32,000 bases of DNA, taken from NCBI RefSeq assembly GCF_004376175.1, contig NZ_SNUY01000036.1, positions 8,828-40,827 of the forward strand, read 5' to 3'. The translations under genes and the position numbers were made by a program. The notes under the pieces are model-generated. The model worked only from the letters and a program-made list of their open reading frames with translations, searched no databases and was not told where the DNA came from. Every line of letters starts with the position of its first letter. Within the stretch, counting starts at the first letter, position 1. Shown here one piece after another: positions 1-8,154 of this stretch. Origin of the DNA: Halalkalibacterium halodurans (GTDB lineage: Bacteria > Bacillota > Bacilli > Bacillales > Bacillaceae_D).

Positions 1-828
1 CGCTGCCTCATATAATAATAAATTTGTCGCTGCTAAGTGGTTATATTCTTTATCTGATGCCGACAAATGATAATGGATTTGTTCGTTACAAAATAAAATC
101 ATTGACATTGCTATAATTCTTTCCTCATACACTGCATAAAAAATCATTGAGTTATACTTTAAGTCATTTAGGACACTATTATAAAATTCCATGTCAAAAT
201 AGTAATACTCATTGGCCTTGTCTTTTGCCATTGTGAGGTTATACATATCGATAAAACGTTCAATTAGCACCCTATCTCTTCCCCAGTAAATCGAAACACC
301 TAATTTTTTTGCCTTCCTAATTACATTTCTATTTTTACTGGTAATGTCATTCCATATTTGTTGTTTAGAGCATAAATTCATTGTAATGGTTTTTCCAAGC
401 AATGAAATATCATAAACATTTTCCAAATACTCACTATTATTAAGAACAGGGTGAAAGCGAACAAACTCACTAACTATTCCTCTTTGATTACAAATTAAAG
501 CATATTCATCATTTAACTTGATTAAGTCGTCATTATCTACATTTCCTTCTATTAAAAACCCCCCATAACCATATGGAGTTGAAATATCATAATAGGTGCC
601 CACAGACAATTCACCAGTAAACTTTATGTCATTAGCTACATCTCTTACCATAACAACATTAATAGCTTTAAAATCTTTACCTTCATAATAAAAAAGCGTT
701 GGTTCTCCATCACCATGGATTGCAAATGCCTTTGTATAGCTAGAAAGGTAATAAACATCATACTCTTTAAAACCCTTAACTATCTCATCCCATTTTTCTT
801 CTTCACTGAGAGTAATTACTGATAGCAT
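1..828 (-). CDS. FemAB-like / GNAT-fold (Acetyltransf_6-type) transferase; partial, 3' end runs off the window
   Basis: Absent from the ORF track because it leaves the window. ATG at 828-826 follows an AGGAGGA Shine-Dalgarno (complement of 832-838). I translated 276 sense codons down to position 1 with no stop: MLSVITLSEEEKWDEIVKGFKEYDVYYLSSYTKAFAIHGDGEPTLFYYEG...DISTPYGYGGFLIEG...SKNRNVIRKAKKLGVSIYWG. The N-terminal E-x-W-D-x-I-V and the PYGYGG motif recall FemAB-like acyl/aminoacyl transferases found in glycan loci. Family call is from memory only. Confidence 0.6.
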   Translation of the reverse strand, partial: MLSVITLSEEEKWDEIVKGFKEYDVYYLSSYTKAFAIHGDGEPTLFYYEGKDFKAINVVMVRDVANDIKFTGELSVGTYYDISTPYGYGGFLIEGNVDNDDLIKLNDEYALICNQRGIVSEFVRFHPVLNNSEYLENVYDISLLGKTITMNLCSKQQIWNDITSKNRNVIRKAKKLGVSIYWGRDRVLIERFIDMYNLTMAKDKANEYYYFDMEFYNSVLNDLKYNSMIFYAVYEERIIAMSMILFCNEQIHYHLSASDKEYNHLAATNLLLYEAA

Positions 829-837
829 TTAATCCTC

Positions 838-1305
838 CTAGAATACTTTTTTCATATAACGTCTTTCTGTAATAAAGCCCATAGAATTATACATTCTAAC
901 AGCTTCTTTATTAACTTCAGACACATTTAAGTCAATAGTACTAATTTTATGTTTTTTCGCAACCTGTTCAGCTTGTTTCATTAATCTTCTTCCGATCCCT
1001 TTACCCCTAAATTTATTGGAAACAATAATTTGATTAATGTGAAGACGAGATTCCCCAAAAAATTCATGTTTGTATAACCATAAGAATCCTACTAATCTTT
1101 CATCTTCATAAGTACCTATCAAAATTGCTGTTTTTTGATTAATATAATTTGGTATCAAGTTTAGCTTTTCTTTACACAAGCTAATACTTTGTTCTTTTGA
1201 AATGCCGAAGTTTTCAATATATGTTTCTGTTAATAAGTCTAAGATAGCATCCTTACATTTTAAGAATTCTTCATTATCCAATTCTTTAACTATCAAAGCG
1301 TTCAC
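838..1305 (-). CDS. GNAT-family N-acetyltransferase
   Basis: 155-aa ORF. Shows the acetyl-CoA binding signature of GNATs (IIVSNKFRGKGIGRRLM, i.e. R-G-x-G-x-G/A). Overlaps the 3' end of the upstream sugar transferase by 20 nt, consistent with operon coupling. Confidence 0.8.
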   Translation of the reverse strand: MNALIVKELDNEEFLKCKDAILDLLTETYIENFGISKEQSISLCKEKLNLIPNYINQKTAILIGTYEDERLVGFLWLYKHEFFGESRLHINQIIVSNKFRGKGIGRRLMKQAEQVAKKHKISTIDLNVSEVNKEAVRMYNSMGFITERRYMKKVF

Positions 1306-1930
1306 CTCTATCTACATCTAAATCCTTTAAAGGACCCCTATCAACAACAGTTACGCCTTCTCTTATAAAAGCTTTAATTACTGTTTTAAAAATAATTTCT
1401 AAGTCTAATAGAAAAGTAATATTATTCACGTACTCTACATCAGCTGCTAATCTATTATCCCAATTCAGATTATTCCTACCATTTATCTGCGCAAGTCCAG
1501 AAAGACCTGGTCGAACAGTATGCCTTATCCTTTCAGTCTCAGTATAATAAGGCAAATACCTGACTAATAGAGGTCTAGGCCCAATAATAGACATATCGCC
1601 TTTTAGAATATTGAATAGTCCCGGTAACTCATCAAGAGATGTAGAACGAAGGAACTTACCAAACTTCGTTAATCTAACACTATCAGGTAATAACTCCCCA
1701 TTTTCATCTCTCTCATCGGACATTGTTCTAAATTTATACATTGTGAAGATTTTTTCATTAAGACCAGGCCTATCTTGTTTAAATAATACTGGACTTCCCA
1801 ACTTTGTTTTTACAAGTAATGCAACTACTAACAGAATAGGACTCAAAAATATAATAGCTAATAAAGCCAAAGTAAAGTCCATCGGCCTCTTTATAAACCT
1901 TCTATATATACCACTTTTAGAATGCTCCAT
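1286..1930 (-). CDS. epsL: Undecaprenyl-phosphate sugar phosphotransferase (small bacterial sugar transferase, EpsL/PglC-like)
   Basis: 214 aa. N-terminal membrane hairpin (FTLALLAIIFLSPILLVVALLV) is followed by GSPVLFKQDRPGLNEKIFTMYKFRTM...DELPGLFNILKGDMSIIGPRP. These are the hallmark motifs of the monotopic phosphoglycosyl transferases and align closely with B. subtilis EpsL as I remember it. Confidence 0.88.
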   Translation of the reverse strand: MEHSKSGIYRRFIKRPMDFTLALLAIIFLSPILLVVALLVKTKLGSPVLFKQDRPGLNEKIFTMYKFRTMSDERDENGELLPDSVRLTKFGKFLRSTSLDELPGLFNILKGDMSIIGPRPLLVRYLPYYTETERIRHTVRPGLSGLAQINGRNNLNWDNRLAADVEYVNNITFLLDLEIIFKTVIKAFIREGVTVVDRGPLKDLDVDRGERFDS

Positions 1931-1934
1931 AAAC

Positions 1935-3059
1935 TCACCACAATCCTTTTATAATTTCTACAATTTTCGCCAAGTCAGCATCTGTCATCTTAGTATCCGA
2001 CGGCAAACAAACACCATTCTCAAACAACTTTTCTGATACATCAGTTCCAACAAATTCATACTTCTCAAAGAAAGGCTGCATATGCATTGGCTTCCAAACC
2101 GGTCTTGACTCGATATTTTCAGCTTCCAATGCTTCAAATATATCAATTGGTCTCACTTTACCAGTCAACGTCATTGAGCTTAACCAGTAATTCGGTGCAT
2201 CCCATTCATTGCTAGGCATAAACTGGACTCCTTCAAGCTCACCAAGTTCTCTCTTATAAAATTCATAGATATAATTCTTCTTTTCTACACGTTGATCTAA
2301 AACTTTTAACTGCCCTCTACCAATACCAGCAACCACATTGCTCATACGGTAATTAAACCCTAATTCACTATGTTGATAGTGCCTTGCCTGATCTCTTGAT
2401 TGAGTTGCCCAAAATTTTGCCTTGGCAATTCTTTCTTCATTATCAGAAACAAGCATTCCACCACCAGAAGTAGTGATGATTTTGTTCCCATTAAAAGAGA
2501 AGATGCCATAATCGCCAAATGTTCCAGTATGCTTACCTTTATAGTAAGTACCTAAACTTTCAGCAGCATCTTCTATTAAAACAACATTATGTTTCTTACA
2601 AAGGTCTACTATTCTATCCATATCTGCTGATAATCCATAAAGGTGAACTACGATGACTGCCTTTACCTCAGGATACTTTTGAAGAGCTTCTTCTAAAGCT
2701 TCCGGGCACATATTCCATGTTTCATAATTACTATCTATAAATACTGGAACAGCATTTTGATAGATAATTGGATTAGCTGTTGCTGAGAATGTAAGTGTTG
2801 GGCAGAATACGATATCCCCTTCACCAACTCCCGCAGCTCGCAAAGCTAAGTGAATAGCTGCCGTCCCAGAAGTAAGTGCTGCTGCTGCTTTAGAGCCAAC
2901 CTTTTCTGATAACTCTCTTTCAAATCCATTTACGTTTTCTCCAAGAGGAGCGATCCAGTTTGTATCGAATGCTTCCTTTACATATTCCATTTCATAACCT
3001 TCATCACTCATATGGGGTGATGAAAGAAAAATTCTTTCGTTCACTTTTGTTATCTCCAT
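1935..3059 (-). CDS. epsN: DegT/DnrJ/EryC1/StrS-family PLP-dependent sugar aminotransferase (EpsN-like)
   Basis: 374 aa. IFLSSPHMS...NWIAPLG...GTAAIHLAL...TFSATANPI...IEDAAESLG...FSFNGNKIITTSGGGML...GFNYRMSN matches the EpsN/PglE-type UDP-4-keto-sugar aminotransferases, including the catalytic-Lys region FNGNK. Confidence 0.92.
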   Translation of the reverse strand: MEITKVNERIFLSSPHMSDEGYEMEYVKEAFDTNWIAPLGENVNGFERELSEKVGSKAAAALTSGTAAIHLALRAAGVGEGDIVFCPTLTFSATANPIIYQNAVPVFIDSNYETWNMCPEALEEALQKYPEVKAVIVVHLYGLSADMDRIVDLCKKHNVVLIEDAAESLGTYYKGKHTGTFGDYGIFSFNGNKIITTSGGGMLVSDNEERIAKAKFWATQSRDQARHYQHSELGFNYRMSNVVAGIGRGQLKVLDQRVEKKNYIYEFYKRELGELEGVQFMPSNEWDAPNYWLSSMTLTGKVRPIDIFEALEAENIESRPVWKPMHMQPFFEKYEFVGTDVSEKLFENGVCLPSDTKMTDADLAKIVEIIKGLW

Positions 3060-3177
3060 CCTATAGACTTCCTTCCATCGTTAAGTTAATATTTTAGTAG
3101 ATTAGGACTTACTTGGAATCTTCAAAACTAATTACTCCAACCAACTTCTAAACCACTAAATTGGTTATCTACTTCTG

Positions 3178-3306
3178 ATACCCACCTCGCATTTAATATT
3201 CAATATGCGATATACATGAAAAGATCAATATATTATGTTTATGTGTTACAAAACACTAACAACCACTATATACCGTGGTTGTTATTTGATTCAAATACCC
3301 ACCTCG
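3178..3306. repeat. Exact 12-bp direct repeat ATACCCACCTCG, copies at 3178-3189 and 3295-3306 (117-bp period). It flanks a short AT-rich segment containing a perfect 9-bp hairpin (3258-3283)
   Basis: Read directly from the sequence. Copy 2 lies immediately next to the point (3306/3307) where homology between the truncated and full-length aminotransferase copies stops. The hairpin is AACAACCAC-N8-GTGGTTGTT. Confidence 0.7.
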
Positions 3307-4227
3307 TTCTAATGCTTCAATCACATCAATCGGTCTAACTTACCCTGTCAATGTGATTGCACTTAGCCAATAATTAGGTTTGTCCCATTCATTTTCAGGC
3401 ATAAATTCAATACTGTCTAGCTCACTTAATGCTTTTTTGTAATACTTATAAATGTACCTTTTTTTCTCTACCCTTTCATCTAATATCTTCAATTGTCCTC
3501 TACCGATTCCAGCAACAACGTTACTCATACGGTAATTAAATCCGAGTTCGCTATGTTCATAATGTCTTGCTTGATCTCTACTTTGTGTAGCCCAAAATCT
3601 TGCCTTTTCAATTCTTCCTTCTTGATCGGAAACCAACATACCACCACCAGAGGTAGTGATAATTTTATTTCCATTAAATGAAAAAATCCCGTAGTCTCCG
3701 AATGTCCCTGTATGTTTTCCTTTATAATAAGTGCCCAACGATTCTGCTGCATCCTCAATCAGAGCAACATTATGTTTTTTACATAATTCTACAATTGAAT
3801 CTATATCTGCTGATAATCCATAGAGATGAACCACAATAACTGCCTTAACTTCGGGATACTTTTCAAATGCCTCTTCTAATGCTTTCGGGCACATATTCCA
3901 TGTTTTATAGTCACTATCTATAAAGACCGGAATTGCATTTTGATAGATAATCGGGTTTGCTGTAGCTGAGAAGGTTAATGTAGAACAAAAGACAACATCT
4001 CCATCACTTACACCTGCTGCCTTTAAAGCTAAATGGATCGCTGCTGTACCTGAGGATAATGCGGCGCCAGCTTTTGCTCCGACTTTTTCAGCCAATTCTT
4101 TTTCGAACATATTGACATTGTTACCGAGTGGTGCAATCCAGTTTGTATCAAAAGCTTCTTTTACATACGCCATTTCATAACCTTCATCACTCATATGTGG
4201 TGATGATAGGAATATTCTCTCTCCCAT
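3307..4227 (-). pseudogene. Decayed tandem paralog of the EpsN-like aminotransferase, with an in-frame premature stop and loss of the 3' end
   Basis: The 295-aa ORF (3340-4227) aligns by eye at roughly 85% identity with residues 8-302 of the full copy. The stop TAA at 3342-3340 replaces the Lys codon of ..LTGKVRPID.. in the full copy. In-frame homology continues after the stop (VRPIDVIEALE versus VRPIDIFEALE) and then ends abruptly at 3307. The last ~65 codons, including the region after EALE, are absent. Confidence 0.8.
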
Positions 4228-4295
4228 TGATTAGACTTCCTCCTAGTAGATGATCAGCGATTAATCTAATGTTGTCTCTCAATAAAGCCGTTTGT

Positions 4296-4324
4296 ATTAT
4301 AAAGTAAACCAGTAAGAACGACAA
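4296..4324 (-). promoter_or_regulatory. Sigma-A-like promoter (TTGTCG-17 nt-TATAAT) upstream of the aminotransferase pseudogene and the distal glycan genes
   Basis: On the minus strand, the -35 TTGTCG is the complement of 4319-4324 and the -10 TATAAT is the complement of 4296-4301, with a 17-nt spacer. It lies in the 165-bp gap after gtaB. Motif match only. Confidence 0.4.
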
Positions 4325-4392
4325 ATGCAGCCTATACGTTTGTACAAGCTGCATGATTCATTTGTCTTTCCTCTACCCGTTCATTCCCTCTG

Positions 4393-5274
4393 TTAAAAGT
4401 TAACCTTCTTCTGTTCGAGGATTGCTTCTAGAAAGCGGGCAAACTCGTCCTTGATCGCCTCATCGTGTAAGGCGAATTCGACGGTTGTTTTCACAAATCC
4501 AATCTTCTCACCAACGTCGTAGCGTTTGCCTTCGAAGTCATAGGCGTACACATGTTGGATTTCGTTAAGGCGCTCGATGGCATCGGTTAATTGAATTTCT
4601 CCGCCTGCCCCTGTTTCATGGCGCTCCAAAAACGTGAAGATTTCTGGCGTTAACACGTAGCGTCCCATGATTGCTAAGTTGGATGGGGCAGTTCCCGGCT
4701 TTGGCTTCTCGACAAACTGCTTGACTGTATACGTTCGTCCCTTTTGGTCGATCGGGTCGACAATGCCGTAGCGATGGGTTTTATGGTCGGGGACGGTCTG
4801 TACACCGATGACCGATGACTCTGTTTGTTCGTATTGATCGATCAGTTGTTTTAAGCACGGGGTTTCCGCTTGAACGATATCGTCCCCTAATAAGACGGCA
4901 AACGGCTCGTCGCCGATAAATTTCCGTGCACACCAGACGGCATGTCCGAGTCCTTTTGGCTCTTTTTGCCGAATGTAATGGATATCGACCTTTGTCGACT
5001 CGTTCACTTTTTCTAGTAAATCGTATTTTTCCTTTTCTGCGAGCGTTTGTTCAAGCTCAAAGGAATGATCGAAATGATCTTCAATCGCTCGCTTGCCTTT
5101 TCCGGTGACGATAATAATGTCTTCAATGCCTGATGAGATCGCTTCTTCGACAATGTATTGAATCGTCGGCTTGTCTACGATTGGGAGCATTTCTTTTGGC
5201 ATCGCTTTGGTGGCAGGGAGAAATCGCGTCCCTAGCCCGGCTGCTGGAATAATCGCTTTTCTGATTTTCTTCAC
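4393..5274 (-). CDS. gtaB: UTP--glucose-1-phosphate uridylyltransferase
   Basis: 293 aa. [40 protein letters not shown]...GLGHAV...LLGDD...VEKP is the canonical GalU/GtaB signature. GTG start with a GAGGAGTGG SD. Confidence 0.95.
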   Translation of the reverse strand: MKKIRKAIIPAAGLGTRFLPATKAMPKEMLPIVDKPTIQYIVEEAISSGIEDIIIVTGKGKRAIEDHFDHSFELEQTLAEKEKYDLLEKVNESTKVDIHYIRQKEPKGLGHAVWCARKFIGDEPFAVLLGDDIVQAETPCLKQLIDQYEQTESSVIGVQTVPDHKTHRYGIVDPIDQKGRTYTVKQFVEKPKPGTAPSNLAIMGRYVLTPEIFTFLERHETGAGGEIQLTDAIERLNEIQHVYAYDFEGKRYDVGEKIGFVKTTVEFALHDEAIKDEFARFLEAILEQKKVNF

Positions 5275-5289
5275 GTTTCCACTCCTCTA

Positions 5290-7116
5290 TTATGCTGAAC
5301 CGACGGTTGGGTTGCTTAGACCTAATGCCTCCACTCTGAAGTTGGCAATGTCGAGCAACTCTTCCCGTAATGCATCTTTCTCTTTCTTTGCAAATTCGTC
5401 GGTCAATTGATAGATGACGTTAATTTCAATTGGTGGTGTCTTCCCGCGGTAAATCTTCGGATAGACTTGCTCGCTGTGGACTTCATTTTCCCCGAGCAAT
5501 TCTTCAAATAGTTTTTCTCCTGGTCTCATGCCGGTAAAGACAATCGGAATCTCGTCCTCCGTATAGCCTGACAGACGAATGAGATTGCGAGCCAGGTCGA
5601 CAATTTTCACAGGCTCCCCCATATCGAGGACAAACACCTCGCCTCCGTCAGCAAGCGCTCCCGCTTGGAGAACGAGACGGGAAGCTTCTGGAATGGTCAT
5701 GAAATAGCGGACCATTTCTGGATCCGTGACGGTCACAGGGCCACCTTTTTGGATCTGCTTCTTAAATAAAGGGATGACGCTGCCGCGACTACCGAGGACG
5801 TTTCCGAAACGTACAGCGACGAAGCGGGTGTCACTAATCATGTCCATATGTTGAATGATCATTTCCGCGATTCGTTTCGTAGCTCCCATTACGCTTGTCG
5901 GGTTGACTGCTTTATCGGTCGAGATCATCACAAAGGTGTTGACGTTCGCCGCACTTGCCGCCTCCGCAGTGTTCTTCGTGCCGAGCACATTGTTTTTCAC
6001 TGCCTCCTCAGGATTTCGTTCCATGAGCGGAACATGCTTGTGTGCTGCTGCATGGAAGACAACGTGGGGCTTCCGATCGTCCATGATTGAAAACATTTTC
6101 TCACGATCCTGAATATCTGCGATCTCGGTGACGATATTGATGTTAGGGAGCTTGTCCCGTAATTCCATTTCAATGGAGTATATGCTGTTTTCGCCATGAC
6201 CGAGAAGGACGAGTGTCTCCGGTTGGAAACAAGCGATTTGCCGACAAATTTCTGACCCGATGGAACCGCCCGCCCCAGTGACGAGCACCGTTCGATTTGT
6301 AATGTATTGAGCAATCCCATTGATATCGAGCTCGACAGGATCTCTACCTAGTAAATCCTCTACTTCTACATCCCGGAACTGAGCAACCTCCACTCTTCCC
6401 ATCATGATATCTTCAATTTTCGGGAGAATTTGCGTTTTTACTTTTGTTTTCGAGCAGACGTGAAAAATATCATTCAGCTCTACCCGGCTCAACGATGGGA
6501 TGGCAATTATAATATGTTCAATGCTATGTTCTGCAACAATCCCTTCCATGTCCTTAACGGCGCCTAAAACAGGAATGCCCATGATCTCTAGATTGTGCTT
6601 ACTAATATCATCATCCACGAAAGCCACTGGGCGCAGCTCCGCTTCTTGGTTTTGTAACAACTGACGAGCAACCATCGACCCAGCCGAACCTGCTCCGATG
6701 ATCAGTGTCTTCGTTTTATTAAGCTTTGGCTTCATATATGTATCTCTGTAAAGTCGCCAAGAAAAGCGCGATCCCCCGATCAGTAGCATGTGCATCATCC
6801 ACGTCGTAAAGAGCGTCCGGACATATACCGTTTGGAAAAATAATAGTTGAACGACGGCCACCGTAAGGATCGAAAATGTAACAGCCATGATGATTGCTTT
6901 TAATTCGTTCATGCTTGCATACTGCCATACTCGCTTGTACAGCTTTAGTTTTTGCGCAAAGAAATGATGGCTGGCTAGCAGCGTAACAGAGCTAACAAAC
7001 AATATACTCGAGAATGTGCCACTTGAAAACATAAGAAAATTGCAGACATAAATCGAAAACATCACAATCACCGAGTCATTTGTCGCGAGCAAAGCAATCC
7101 TTTTTTTATATGACAT
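5290..7116 (-). CDS. epsC: Membrane-anchored polysaccharide biosynthesis protein CapD/EpsC (UDP-GlcNAc 4,6-dehydratase type)
   Basis: I shortened the track ORF (5290-7326). ATG at 7116 follows a near-perfect SD, TAGGAGGTG (complement of 7121-7129). This gives 608 aa: MSYKKRIALLATND.., four hydrophobic segments, and two Rossmann motifs (IIGAGSAGS and VTGAGGSIGSEICRQ). The remainder is nearly collinear with B. subtilis EpsC (about 600 aa). Confidence 0.9.
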   Translation of the reverse strand: MSYKKRIALLATNDSVIVMFSIYVCNFLMFSSGTFSSILFVSSVTLLASHHFFAQKLKLYKRVWQYASMNELKAIIMAVTFSILTVAVVQLLFFQTVYVRTLFTTWMMHMLLIGGSRFSWRLYRDTYMKPKLNKTKTLIIGAGSAGSMVARQLLQNQEAELRPVAFVDDDISKHNLEIMGIPVLGAVKDMEGIVAEHSIEHIIIAIPSLSRVELNDIFHVCSKTKVKTQILPKIEDIMMGRVEVAQFRDVEVEDLLGRDPVELDINGIAQYITNRTVLVTGAGGSIGSEICRQIACFQPETLVLLGHGENSIYSIEMELRDKLPNINIVTEIADIQDREKMFSIMDDRKPHVVFHAAAHKHVPLMERNPEEAVKNNVLGTKNTAEAASAANVNTFVMISTDKAVNPTSVMGATKRIAEMIIQHMDMISDTRFVAVRFGNVLGSRGSVIPLFKKQIQKGGPVTVTDPEMVRYFMTIPEASRLVLQAGALADGGEVFVLDMGEPVKIVDLARNLIRLSGYTEDEIPIVFTGMRPGEKLFEELLGENEVHSEQVYPKIYRGKTPPIEINVIYQLTDEFAKKEKDALREELLDIANFRVEALGLSNPTVGSA

Positions 7117-7141
7117 GAACGCACCTCCTATCCTTTTGTTC

Positions 7142-7191
7142 AGAAAAACTTGGCCTATGGCCAGGTCCAATAGCAAAAGCCAAGTTTTTCT
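7142..7191 (-). terminator. Intrinsic-terminator-like hairpin in the epsC leader, proximal, about 25 nt upstream of the epsC start
   Basis: Perfect 13-bp arms, AGAAAAACTTGGC (7142-7154) and GCCAAGTTTTTCT (7179-7191). On the minus strand the stem runs into TTTTTCT. The loop contains a second small palindrome, TGGCCTATGGCCA. Confidence 0.55.
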
Positions 7192-7235
7192 TACCCTCAA
7201 TCTTTTTTTATAGAAGTTAAACTTTCTAAGAGTGT

Positions 7236-7290
7236 AAAAAGCACTAAGCAACTCCTTAATCGCATTAAGGAGTTGATTAATGCTTTTTTT
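7236..7290 (-). terminator. Intrinsic-terminator-like hairpin in the epsC leader, distal; looks bidirectional
   Basis: 21-nt arms (7240-7260 and 7264-7284) around a 3-nt loop (CGC). There are only two non-Watson-Crick positions, and one is G-U on the minus strand. Flanked by an A-run (7236-7240) and a T-run (7284-7290), so a U-tract follows the stem on either strand. Confidence 0.6.
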
Positions 7291-7324
7291 CTTTCTCTCT
7301 ATGAAAATAAAATAAACATGAGGC

Positions 7325-7440
7325 ATTGAACCTCACCTCACGCCACATCAATGACAACGGACGCGTCTAAGGTCATCGCTGATTGACGACCCACAACATG
7401 GCCGAGTGCCTCCGTCGATAAAGGTAAGGAGACATTACCT
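7325..7440 (-). ncRNA. Candidate structured leader RNA upstream of epsC; a possible EAR / epsC-motif antiterminator, not verified
   Basis: This segment is locally GC-richer inside an AT-rich spacer. Several local helices are visible on the minus strand: AAGGTAA-N7-TTACCTT, ATGAC-N16-GTCAT enclosing the palindrome GACGCGTC, and TGAGG-N12-CCTCA. Its position directly 5' of an epsC homolog and upstream of two terminators fits this RNA class. I cannot recall the consensus, so this call rests on position and structure only. Confidence 0.3.
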
Positions 7441-8154
7441 TCGTACACTTAGAACCTATAATAATAGATTAATCGGCTAATTTGGGAGAAAAGTGAAGGG
7501 AACTTGCAGACAGATAGAAATTTCTCTTAAAAAAAGACCCTTTCTACTTCACTGCGTTAAATTGTCGATGGTTATATGTAAATTCTGAAGATTTTCCCAA
7601 CCTCTGTCGTACATTGCAATAATAACAATTTTCAATAGGGGAGTAAAGATGAAAAATATAGATTATTCATAACCGTCCCATTTTTTTGGAACGGTATTTA
7701 TCATCTTCTCCTAATGACGCTGTTTTTGTCAAATATACAAACGTTTATAAAAAGAAACATTACTAATATCTTATACGAATTGTACAGCTTTTGTACAGAA
7801 TTGATCGGAAATTCCTATTCTTTGCCAATTTGCAAGCTTTTTCATATAGTAGAATGACCAATGGCTGAAGGAAGATAGACACTTTCATATCGGTTTAATC
7901 TTTTTTTAAAAAAGGCGCACATACTGGGCACATCATGAAAATACTCAGAGTAGACGTTACTTAATCTTTTCGATTATCACACGTTTCTTACGATTAAAAT
8001 GAGGATAATCAAATGAAGAGGAATGCGTACCATAAAAAAGACCGTGGTGTTCCAGCAACAGCGACCTAGGAATAAAAGGTTCCTAAGCAATAAATAGGGT
8101 ATGCCAAAAACGATATATCCTTTTAAATTTCTTAGTATCATTTCCTCCTACAGT

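Noticed and set aside
3493-3758. Short ORFs (62 aa on the plus strand, 77 aa on the minus strand) within the aminotransferase pseudogene, and 141 aa on the plus strand at 1611-2036 opposite epsL
   Set aside because: These are alternative-frame or antisense ORFs inside clearly homologous coding sequence in AT-rich DNA, with no translation signals.
5290-7326. N-terminal 70-codon extension of the EpsC ORF (MPHVYFIFIERKKK...), which even has a GAGGTGAGG box 4 nt upstream of ATG 7326
   Set aside because: The extension would be translated straight through two strong terminator hairpins. It is Lys/Arg-rich and low-complexity, and has no counterpart in EpsC/CapD proteins. ATG 7116 has a near-perfect, well-spaced SD and gives the expected length of about 600 aa.
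7290-7600. c-di-GMP (GEMM-I) riboswitch or SinR operators upstream of epsC
   Set aside because: I could not find the conserved GEMM-I core features I remember (paired GNRA tetraloop/receptor helices with ..GCAAA..GGGACGCAAAGCC..-like strings). The only GTTCT-type word (GGTTCTAAG, complement of about 7449-7457) does not match the SinR GTTCTYT consensus. This is left as an unspecified structured leader, with EAR as the positional hypothesis.
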